A DNA stretch of 64,000 bases from an uncultured Actinomycetota bacterium. Its GTDB lineage: Bacteria; Actinomycetota; Actinomycetes; JAFAQI01. Numbering within the stretch: position 1 is the stretch's first letter; each line of letters begins with the position of its first letter. Where the stretch lies: positions 576,001 to 640,000 of the forward strand of contig CAVYQE010000011.1 in NCBI GenBank assembly GCA_963770565.1, given 5' to 3'. Position numbers and translations under genes: made by a program. The notes under the pieces are model-generated. The model was not told where the DNA came from. It saw only the letters and a program-made list of their open reading frames with translations, and did not search any database. Below, piece after piece: positions 51,395-59,383 of the stretch.

Positions 51395-52636
51395 TCACGC
51401 CCGGGCGCGGACAACCCTGATCAGCTCGTCGAGTAGCCGGTCGCCGTTGGCCCGCAAGGCGTTGTGCTCGAAGTCGGTCGTCACCCACGGGCGCAGCCCG
51501 CGCACCCGGCCCGCGGTCTCCTCCGAGAGCATCCGGTCGACGTACATGTCGCCGTCGAAGATCGCGGCTGCGGCCGGTACGTCGTTGTGGGCAAGCTGGT
51601 CCTCGTCGTACAGCCGGGGCCAGGTGTGGGCGGCGAGTGCGTCGGCGGCCGCGCGAAGCGGCGCGAGCGCGGCGATCTCCTCGAACATCCAGGGATAGAC
51701 GTGCTCGCCGGTGAACAGGGTGGGATCGCTGCGGTAGTCGGCCGGCCGCAGCCGTTCGGCCGCCCAGCGGGTCGAACCACCGTCCGCCCAACACGCCTCG
51801 TGCACCACCGCATAGAGCGGGTTGCGACCCCAGGTGGTCACCTCTTGCACTGCATGCAGGAAGCCGGGCGAGGCCGGGTCGAGCTCGAGGATGTAGTGCA
51901 ACTGCTCGGCACCGTCGCTCGAGCCGAGCATGATGCCGAGCTGCTGGATGCGGGGGATGCTGAGCCGGTCGCCGACCGGGAGCCGCAACGCGGCAGCGCC
52001 GTCGAGCGCGGCGTGAATGCGCTGCACGCGGTCGCGATCCCCGGGGTAGCGCGCGTAGTAGCGATGGCTCCGCTCGATGACCCTCGGGTAGGTCGCGCGG
52101 TAGACCTCGTCGATCCGGTCGCCGATCGGCGGCAACCCGCCGGTGAACAGCGCCTCGCTCAGACCTTCCGGCGCCTGGGACAGGTAGGCGAGCAGGGTGA
52201 AGCCGCCGAAGCTCTGCCCGAGCACGCTCCACGGCGGCGCGTCGAGGTGCGCCCGCAGTGCCTCGGCGTCGCGCACGATCGCGTCGGCCCGGAAGTGGGT
52301 GAGGTAGGCGGCCTGCTCGACGGCCGGGCAGTCCGCGAGTGCGCCGACCGGGGTCGACCGGCCGGTGCCGCGCTGGTCGAGCATGACGACCCGGAACTCG
52401 GCGAGCGCGCGGTCCAGCCAGGCCGGAGATGCCGGTAGCCGGGTCGGGCGGGGCGCCTCGAAGCCCGGCCCGCCTTGCAGGAACAACAGGTACGGCCGGT
52501 CGAGACCCTCCGGGTCGGCGACCTCGCGGGCGAAGACCGAGATCCGCGCGCCGTCCGGCTCGTCGTGATCCAGCGGGACCTCGATCGTGTGCTCGGTGAG
52601 GACGAGCTCAGGCGTCCGATAGGTCACGCTCGCCAT
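51395..52636 (-). CDS. Proline iminopeptidase (alpha/beta hydrolase, S33)
   Basis: VPLDH, FLQGGPG, DQRGTGRS, FRADAIVRDAE, GQSFGG, FTGEHVYPW, DMYV, EHNAL. Confidence 0.9.
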   Translation of the reverse strand: MASVTYRTPELVLTEHTIEVPLDHDEPDGARISVFAREVADPEGLDRPYLLFLQGGPGFEAPRPTRLPASPAWLDRALAEFRVVMLDQRGTGRSTPVGALADCPAVEQAAYLTHFRADAIVRDAEALRAHLDAPPWSVLGQSFGGFTLLAYLSQAPEGLSEALFTGGLPPIGDRIDEVYRATYPRVIERSHRYYARYPGDRDRVQRIHAALDGAAALRLPVGDRLSIPRIQQLGIMLGSSDGAEQLHYILELDPASPGFLHAVQEVTTWGRNPLYAVVHEACWADGGSTRWAAERLRPADYRSDPTLFTGEHVYPWMFEEIAALAPLRAAADALAAHTWPRLYDEDQLAHNDVPAAAAIFDGDMYVDRMLSEETAGRVRGLRPWVTTDFEHNALRANGDRLLDELIRVVRARA

Positions 52637-52684
52637 TCGCAGATCCTGGCAGAGCGGAGTCCTGATGTCGCCCGGGCGACGCTG

Positions 52685-52773
52685 CCACACGCATGGCCCA
52701 TTGGTGTGGCCATCGGCACACGGATGGGCCATTGGTGTGGCTATCGGCACATGCATGGGCCATTGGTATGGCT
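52685..52773. repeat. 31-bp palindromic tandem repeat, family 1, locus 3 (~2.9 diverged copies, opposite orientation)
   Basis: CCACACGCATGGCCCATTGGTGTGGCCATCG / GCACACGGATGGGCCATTGGTGTGGCTATCG / GCACATGCATGGGCCATTGGTATGGCT; aligns to the reverse complement of the 23695 unit. Confidence 0.85.
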
Positions 52774-52818
52774 GGGCCGTCGGGTCAGCCCTTCACGTAG
52801 GCGAGCTTTCGACACCGG

Positions 52819-53109
52819 ATGTGCCTGTGCGGCATGTTGGCGGCGGAGTACCAAACCCTGCCTGAGCCGATGCGCGAGGCGGTCATCGGCTTCTTCGACG
52901 CCAACGAGACCTGGCTCGCATGGGTTCTCAAGTCCGGCGTCGAAGCCGGGTCGTTGTCCTTCGCCGGATCGGCCGAGGACACCGCCCGGATGCTGGTCGG
53001 CGCGCTCGAGGGCGCATTGCTGGTTGCGCGCCCGTATCGCGACGTCGCGAGGTTCGAGGCGACGGCCGGGCAGTTGCTTGCCACCATGGAGTCTCATCCG
53101 GCTGGTTGA
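52819..53109 (+). pseudogene. C-terminal remnant of a TetR/AcrR-family regulator (HTH missing)
   Basis: RMCLCGMLAAEYQTLPEPMREAV..FF..NETWL...LEGALLVAR is a TetR ligand domain; no HTH coding sequence upstream. Confidence 0.7.
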
Positions 53110-53120
53110 GGACCGGTCCG

Positions 53121-54065
53121 TCAGTGGATCGAGCCGTCACGATCGCGCAGGGCCCCGGGGGTCCGACCGGTGCTGACCGCCAAGGCCTCGGCCAGGATCG
53201 ACAGCGCAATCTCCGGTGGGGTGCGCCCGCCGAGGTCCAGCCCGGCCGGGCCGTGGATCCGGTCGAGATCGGTGATGCCGCGGTCGGCCAGCCACTGCGC
53301 CCTGGCGCGTTGGGTGTGCCGCGAGCCGAGGGCACCGATGTAGCCGACGTCGCCTGCGAGCGCCGCCTCGAGGGCCGGGCCGGCCAGGTCGTGGTCGTGG
53401 CTGATGACGACGACCTTGTCGATGCCGGCGAGACCGCTGATCAGCCCGGTCGCGGTGTTGACGTCGACCACGGTCTGGGTGTGCCAGCCCAGCAGGTCGG
53501 CGGCCGCGGTCAGCGCCTCGGCGATTGCGCCCGCGCCGGTGACGATGAGGGTGGGGACCGGCCAGAGGACAGTGATCACCTCGCCGTCGGTGACGGTCGT
53601 CGCGCTGGTCGCGCGGCCGAACAGCTGCGCCGCGTCCTCGCCCGCGGCATCGATCGTCGCCGCCGTGAACAGATCGGTGCCGACCACCCGGTCGCCGTCG
53701 AGATGAGTGACGAGGCAGACCGGGTCGCGGTTGCGCAGCTGCTCCCAGAGCTCGGCCGGCAGGTCCGAGGCGGAGACGAGCAGGCAGCGCGCATCGCCAC
53801 CGCACGACAGGCCGGCGATGCCGGCGTCGAGATCCCCGACGTGCAGATCGACCAGCCGGCCCGCCATGCTCTCCGCGGCCAGCGTCGCGAGCTGGTCGTT
53901 GAGGGCCCCCGACAGGACCGACCCGACCCGGCCGCCGCCCGGGGTCAGGGCCAGTGCCTCGGTGTTGTCCCGCGCGCTGAACCCGCGGGTCTCGACCGCC
54001 CATGCGACATCGACCTTGGTGCCGGCGCGCAGACACGCGGCAACCGTCAACGCAATCTCATACAC
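53121..54065 (-). CDS. XdhC/CoxF family molybdoenzyme maturation protein
   Basis: GSVLSG, GLSCGG, VTGAGAIAEAL, VISHD, YIGALGSR, IHGPAGLDLGGRTPPEIALSILAE. TAGGCT-N7-GTG supports a start at 54065. Confidence 0.9.
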   Translation of the reverse strand: MYEIALTVAACLRAGTKVDVAWAVETRGFSARDNTEALALTPGGGRVGSVLSGALNDQLATLAAESMAGRLVDLHVGDLDAGIAGLSCGGDARCLLVSASDLPAELWEQLRNRDPVCLVTHLDGDRVVGTDLFTAATIDAAGEDAAQLFGRATSATTVTDGEVITVLWPVPTLIVTGAGAIAEALTAAADLLGWHTQTVVDVNTATGLISGLAGIDKVVVISHDHDLAGPALEAALAGDVGYIGALGSRHTQRARAQWLADRGITDLDRIHGPAGLDLGGRTPPEIALSILAEALAVSTGRTPGALRDRDGSIH

Positions 54066-54121
54066 ACCGGTGAGCCTAAGGTCGAACCGCTGCGACCGCG
54101 CAGTCATCGAGGGAGGTCGGG

Positions 54122-56182
54122 GTGGATCCCCGTCACGCCGTACTGTTCGAGCCGATCCGGATCGGGCCGAAGACCCTGCCGAACCGCTTCTATCAAGTGC
54201 CGCACGCGTCGGGCTTCGGGGTGACCGAACCGCGCAGTCAGGCCGCGTTCCGGGCGATCAAAGCCGAGGGCGGCTGGGGCGGTGTGTGTGTCGAGTACGC
54301 ACCGGTGACCGCGGACTCCGAGGAAACTCCCGCGGTCGCGGCGACGTTCTGGGACGACGATGACGCCGACGCATTGCAGCTGGTCGTCGACGCGGTGCAC
54401 GCGCACGGTGCGCTGGTCGGTCTCGAGCTGTTCCACGGCGGGTCGAGCAGCGAGAACGGCAAGTCGCGGGCGGTCCGGGTCGCCCCGAGCCAGGCGGCCG
54501 CGGAGCTGCAGTGGGCCGGCCTGGCGAAGGAGATGGACCTCGACGACATCGTCCGGATCCGCACCGCCTGGGTGGATGCGGCCCGCCGGGCCCGCGACAC
54601 CGGCTTCGACATCGTGTACGTCTACGGCGCCCACGGTTATCTGCTCACCCAGTTCTTCTCGCCGGCCTCGAACCTGCGCACCGACGGGTACGGCGGTTCG
54701 CTGGCCGGTCGCGGCCGGTTCTGGCTCGAGACCCTCGAGGCGGTGCGGAACGCGGTCGGTGCCGACTGCGCGATCGCTTCCCGGATTCCGGTGCACGGCG
54801 GCTCGGGCCTGCCGGGCATCGAGGTCGACGAGATGGTGCAACTCGTTGCGCTTGCCGAGGACCTGGTCGACCTGTTCGACGTCAATGTCGGGAGTTGGCC
54901 CGAGGACTCGGGGACGTCGCGCTACTTCCCCGAGGGCTATCAGCGGCGCTGGACCGATCAGGTCCGGGCCGCAACGACGAAGCCGATCGTCGGCGTCGGC
55001 CGCTACACCTCGCCGGACCTGATGGCCGACGTCGTACGGTCCGGAGCGCTGGACATCATCGGCGCGGCCCGGCCGGCGATCGCGGATCCGTTCCTGCCGC
55101 GCAAGATTGCCGACGGCCGGCTGGCGGAGATCCGCGAGTGCACGGGCTCGAACGTATGCATCGCACGCGAGGAGTCCTACCGTCACGTCGGCTGTATCCA
55201 GAATGCGACCGCCGGGGAGGAGTATCGGCGCGGTTGGCATCCCGAGGTGTTCCTGGCCGCCGCGAACAACGAACAGTCGGTCCTCGTGGTCGGTGCGGGT
55301 CCGGCCGGCATGGAGTGCGCGATCGTGCTGGGCAAGCGCGGCTTCGCCGTGCATCTCGTCGACGCCGCGGCCGCGATCGGCGGGAGATTGCGGTGGATCA
55401 GGCAGCTTCCGACGTTGGGCGACTGGGGCCGGATCGTCGATTGGCGTTCGGTGCAGCTGGCGTCCCTCGGCCAGGTCGAGGTCATCACCGGGCGCGGGCT
55501 CGACATCGGTTCGGTGCTGGGGTACGGCGCCGAGATCGTGGTGGTCGCCACCGGCTCGCACTGGCGGACCGATGGCGTCCAGCCGCATGGCGGCCAGACG
55601 ATCGCCGGTGCCGACAGTGACCGGCCGTGGGTACTGACGCCGGAGCAGGTGATGGTGGACGGCAAACGGCCGGCCGGTTCGCGGGTCGTCGTGTACGACG
55701 CCGACGGCTACTTCGTCGGGCCCGGTGTCGCCGAACTGTTGGCCGGCGAGGGTCGCGAGGTCGATCTGGTCACCTGCTACCCGGTCGTGTCGCCCGACTC
55801 GGACCCGACCTTGGAAGGCGACCTGCTGCGTCGCCACCTGCATGCCAACGGCATCCGGGTGCACCGAGGGGTGACGATCACTGCGGTGAGTGCCGAGGGG
55901 GTCAGCGGGCACGACGAGTTCGACCAGGCCTGGTCGGCACCGGCCGATGGGATCGTGCTGGTCACCCAGCAGCAATCGGACGACGCGCTGTATCACGCAC
56001 TGCGGGCGGCGCCCCACGCGTTGACCGAAGCAGGGATCCGCGCGGTGTACCGGATCGGCGACGCGGTCGCGCCTCGGGCGATCAGCGAAGTGATCTTCGA
56101 CGGTCATCGGCTCGCGCGCGAGATCGACCGGCCCGACCCCGCGCAGCCGCTGCCCTACCTGCGAGAGCGCACCCGCCGGTAG
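54122..56182 (+). CDS. Trimethylamine/dimethylamine/histamine dehydrogenase-like FMN/Fe-S/nucleotide-binding oxidoreductase
   Basis: NRFYQVPH, KAEGGWG, VYVYGAHGYL, NLRTDGYGGS, VGVGRYTSP, ARPAIADP, RECTGSNVC...CIQNATAGEEYRRGWHPE, GAGPAG, IGDAVAP. Confidence 0.9.
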   Translation: MDPRHAVLFEPIRIGPKTLPNRFYQVPHASGFGVTEPRSQAAFRAIKAEGGWGGVCVEYAPVTADSEETPAVAATFWDDDDADALQLVVDAVHAHGALVGLELFHGGSSSENGKSRAVRVAPSQAAAELQWAGLAKEMDLDDIVRIRTAWVDAARRARDTGFDIVYVYGAHGYLLTQFFSPASNLRTDGYGGSLAGRGRFWLETLEAVRNAVGADCAIASRIPVHGGSGLPGIEVDEMVQLVALAEDLVDLFDVNVGSWPEDSGTSRYFPEGYQRRWTDQVRAATTKPIVGVGRYTSPDLMADVVRSGALDIIGAARPAIADPFLPRKIADGRLAEIRECTGSNVCIAREESYRHVGCIQNATAGEEYRRGWHPEVFLAAANNEQSVLVVGAGPAGMECAIVLGKRGFAVHLVDAAAAIGGRLRWIRQLPTLGDWGRIVDWRSVQLASLGQVEVITGRGLDIGSVLGYGAEIVVVATGSHWRTDGVQPHGGQTIAGADSDRPWVLTPEQVMVDGKRPAGSRVVVYDADGYFVGPGVAELLAGEGREVDLVTCYPVVSPDSDPTLEGDLLRRHLHANGIRVHRGVTITAVSAEGVSGHDEFDQAWSAPADGIVLVTQQQSDDALYHALRAAPHALTEAGIRAVYRIGDAVAPRAISEVIFDGHRLAREIDRPDPAQPLPYLRERTRR

Positions 56183-56249
56183 CCCGTTTCGGCCCCCGTG
56201 AGCGTGGCGTTGCTCCGAATGGATGCGGCATTTGCGCACTTCAGCCCCA

Positions 56250-56278
56250 TCAAGGCAGGCACCCAAACGTGACGAAAA
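56250..56278 (+). promoter_or_regulatory. Sigma-28-like promoter, leaderless
   Basis: TCAAG-N16-GACGAAAA-N6-GTG(56285). Confidence 0.45.
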
Positions 56279-56284
56279 GAGGAC

Positions 56285-58528
56285 GTGGAGGGCGATCGCT
56301 CGGCGACGAGCCCGGAGCCGCTGGAGCATCCACCGGCGGCTCCGGCTCCACTCGACCGTTGGGACGCCCGGCCGGTCGCGGCTGGGCTGCTGCGCGCCGG
56401 CATCCTGCTCGCCCCACTGGCGGCCAGCAGCGTGGCGCTGCTCGTTCTGTCGCATCTTTGGCGAGCCCCGGCCGGTGGCCGCGGCTGGTGGTACGCCGCC
56501 TTGGCGGTGACAGCGGTTCTCGTCGCCGCAGTCGTTGAGCGCGGCGCGCGCCGGTTACTGCCGTTGGCCAGCCTGCTCCGACTGACCATGCTGTTCCCGG
56601 ACCAGGCGCCCTCACGGATGCGCATCGCGCGCTCGGCCGGCACCACCGGGCAGCAGCTCGAGCGGCTGGCCCGCAGCGACGACGACACCGCACAGGTCGC
56701 CGCCGAGAAGGTCCTCGCCCTGATCACCGCGCTGGGCAACCACGACCGCAAGACGCGCGGCCACTCCGAACGAGTGCGGCTGTATTGCGACCTGCTGGCC
56801 GAGGCGCTGCATCTGCCACGGGCGGATCGAGATCGGCTGCGCTGGGCCGCCCTGCTCCACGACATCGGCAAGCTCGAGATCGCACCGGCCATCCTCAACA
56901 AGCCGGCCAAGCTCTCGCATCGCGAGTTCGCGCGGATCCGCCAGCATCCGACCGTCGGCGCCGAGATCGCCGCCCCCCTGCTGCCGTGGCTCGGTGAGTG
57001 GGGCGCGGGCATCGTCGATCACCACGAGCGATGGGACGGGAACGGTTACCCCGACGGCCGGACCGGCGCCGAGATCTCCCGTTCCGGCCGGATCGTCGGG
57101 TTGGTCGACTCGTTCGAGACGATGACCGCCGCCCGGGTCTACAAGAAGGCGATGACGACGCGCGCGGCCCGCACCGAACTGGCTGCGTGCGCTGGTACGC
57201 AGTTCGATCCCGACTATGTGCGGGCCTTCCTCGGAATCTCGTTGCCGAGGGTGCTGTGGGCGATGGGCCCGCTGGCTTTCGTCGTGCAGCTGCCATTCCT
57301 CCGCAGCCTCGCGAAGCTCGGGACCCAGGCGGGTCAGCTCCCGTTGCAAGGCGCGTCGACGGCTGGCGTCGCTGCGGCGGCGAGCGTCATCGGTGTGGCC
57401 GCGGTGCCGCCGCTGATCAGCACACCCGCGCACTCGCATTCGCATGCGCACTCCCATCCGTCGACCGTGACCGCCTCGCGGTCCGGGTCGGTCACCACGG
57501 GCGGGTCGGTCGACGGCACGAACGCGGTCGTGGGTGGCGCGCCGAACGGCGGCGCCGAGCCGGTGTCGGATCCGCGGACCGGCTCGGTGCCCGGCAGTCA
57601 GCCGGTGCCGACCTCCGGACCGGTCGGGCCGACGCAAGGGCAGCCGCCCGGCGGAACCACGCCGACCGGCCCCGGTGGTGCCGGTGGGGGCACCGGCGGC
57701 ACCGGATCAGGCGGCGGCGCGGGTCCGAGCCCGAGTGCGGGTCCTGGGCTGTTGATCAGCTCGACTACCGCGTACATCGTCGAGAACCTCGCCGCGACCG
57801 TCGACGTCCTCCGTTCCACGGTCGCCGAGGTCGAGGCATCGACCTTGAGCATCGCGGGGGGTCCGGCCAACGGCACCGCGACCGTGACCGACGGAGTGGT
57901 CAGCTACACCCCCGATCGCGGATTCGTCGGCGTCGACCACGTGAGCTACCAGGCATGCGACTCCGACGGCCGGTGCGGCGCTGCGGTGCTGACCGTCAAC
58001 GTCCTCGGTCCGCAGCAGGCCCACACCAACTACGACGGCGTCGACTTCGCCGGCATGGACCTGGCCGGCTTCAGCTTCGTCGGCGCGTCCCTCCGCGGTG
58101 CCGACTTCAGCGGGGCCACCCTCACCGGCGTGAGCTTCACCAACGCCGACCTCACCGACGCCGACCTGTCCGGCGCGACGGTGCACAACATGGTCGTCAA
58201 CGGGGCGACCCTGAGCGGAGCGAACCTCTCAGGTCTGTCAGGAGGGGTCGGGCCGCAGGTGAGTCCGATCAACCTCTCGGCCACGATCGGTCAGCCGGTG
58301 ACGATCGACGTGTCGAGCCTGGTCAGCGACCCGGACGCGCCGATCGACTGGTCGAGCTTGCAGATCACCGGCGGGCCCAAGCACGGTACGGCGCGGATCA
58401 CCGGCACCCACACGATCGTCTACACGCCGGCGGCCGGCTTGCTCAGCACCGACCAACTCAGCTTCTCGGTCGTGAACGTCCTGGGGTTCGGCTCGACCGG
58501 CACCGCGCACTTCGTCGCCGTTCTCTGA
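56285..58528 (+). CDS. Membrane HD-GYP phosphodiesterase fused to Ig-like / pentapeptide-repeat / Ig-like C-terminal region
   Basis: Two N-terminal TMs; HD..TRGHSERV, LLHDIGK, HHERWDGNGYP, TQFDP; hydrophobic segment; HSHSHAHSH; Pro/Gly linker; P.NGTATV..GVVSYTP..GFVGVD.VSY; A[DN][LF]xx pentapeptides; P.HGTA...IVYTP...D.LSF. Confidence 0.9.
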   Translation: MEGDRSATSPEPLEHPPAAPAPLDRWDARPVAAGLLRAGILLAPLAASSVALLVLSHLWRAPAGGRGWWYAALAVTAVLVAAVVERGARRLLPLASLLRLTMLFPDQAPSRMRIARSAGTTGQQLERLARSDDDTAQVAAEKVLALITALGNHDRKTRGHSERVRLYCDLLAEALHLPRADRDRLRWAALLHDIGKLEIAPAILNKPAKLSHREFARIRQHPTVGAEIAAPLLPWLGEWGAGIVDHHERWDGNGYPDGRTGAEISRSGRIVGLVDSFETMTAARVYKKAMTTRAARTELAACAGTQFDPDYVRAFLGISLPRVLWAMGPLAFVVQLPFLRSLAKLGTQAGQLPLQGASTAGVAAAASVIGVAAVPPLISTPAHSHSHAHSHPSTVTASRSGSVTTGGSVDGTNAVVGGAPNGGAEPVSDPRTGSVPGSQPVPTSGPVGPTQGQPPGGTTPTGPGGAGGGTGGTGSGGGAGPSPSAGPGLLISSTTAYIVENLAATVDVLRSTVAEVEASTLSIAGGPANGTATVTDGVVSYTPDRGFVGVDHVSYQACDSDGRCGAAVLTVNVLGPQQAHTNYDGVDFAGMDLAGFSFVGASLRGADFSGATLTGVSFTNADLTDADLSGATVHNMVVNGATLSGANLSGLSGGVGPQVSPINLSATIGQPVTIDVSSLVSDPDAPIDWSSLQITGGPKHGTARITGTHTIVYTPAAGLLSTDQLSFSVVNVLGFGSTGTAHFVAVL

Positions 58529-58560
58529 GCCGACCTCGCAGGCCGGCTCGCGTGACAGCG

Positions 58561-58998
58561 CTAGCGGTTGGCCGGCTTGAACGGGCGCGGTGGCGGGCTG
58601 AGGTCGGCGCGTGGGCAGGTTGCCAGCGACAGGCCGCCGAAGTTGAGCGCTTCGTCGCACAGGCTTGTGACGGTCATCCCGTGGTCGACTCCGAGCCGGG
58701 TGATGGTGGCCCGGTAGATGGTGATGTCGAAGCGGGTCGGCACGCCGTACGCGATCTGCATGGTGCCGAGCACCTCGGCGCCGCCGGCACCTCCGTCGAT
58801 TGCGGTCCACGGCGCGTCGTAGCGCCGCCAGATCGTGGGCTCGGACCACCACAGGCCGCCCATCCGCACGTCGCGCATCGCGAGCTCGACCAGCACCTGG
58901 CGCGCCGCTTGTTCGGGGACGACCGCCGCCGGCCGGATGACCTCGGTCACGACACCTTCGTCGTAGGCCTCGGTCAGTAGCATCTCGCGGTCTTCCAT
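58561..58998 (-). CDS. Hypothetical protein
   Basis: 145-aa ORF with CAGGAG RBS and globular composition (EVIRPAAVVP, GGLWWSEP..WRRYD.PW, YGVPTRFDITIYR). Confidence 0.75.
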   Translation of the reverse strand: MEDREMLLTEAYDEGVVTEVIRPAAVVPEQAARQVLVELAMRDVRMGGLWWSEPTIWRRYDAPWTAIDGGAGGAEVLGTMQIAYGVPTRFDITIYRATITRLGVDHGMTVTSLCDEALNFGGLSLATCPRADLSPPPRPFKPANR

Positions 58999-59040
58999 CG
59001 GTGCTCCTGAGCTGGTGGGCGAAGTTACGTCTCGTAACGT

Positions 59041-59068
59041 TCTTCGGCACCGCGATTAGCCCGATTGA
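59041..59068 (-). promoter_or_regulatory. Sigma-28-like promoter
   Basis: TCAAT-N15-GCCGAAGA on the minus strand, 42 nt upstream of ATG 58998. Confidence 0.55.
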
Positions 59069-59308
59069 CAAATCCGGTCAATCTAACGGCCTAGTGGAGG
59101 CAATTTCCCCTCGCGAGCACGCAAATGAGCGTGCGGCGGCCCAGCCGCCCGCTCGTTTCGTTGTACATCCGTCACATTTCGGTTGTCCTTCCGTGACGGC
59201 ACGCCGCTAGACCTGAGTCAGGTCGTTCGCCTGGATCGAGGGCGGCGATTCGCGGTCCCGGTCGTTGGAGGATGCCCAGCGGCCGGGACTGTCGCGCTCC
59301 GCCGGATC

Positions 59309-59383
59309 GCTAGTGCCCCGTCTCCGAAGTCCTTTTGCCGCCTGCGGCATCGTGGCGAGGGACTTCGAAGACGGGACACTAGC
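59309..59383 (-). terminator. Long hairpin at the 3' end of the EAL gene
   Basis: GCTAGTGcCCCGTCTcCGAAGTCC...GGACTTCGaAGACGGGaCACTAGC. The two C.A mismatches become G:U pairs on the minus (transcribed) strand. Includes the TAG stop. Confidence 0.65.
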
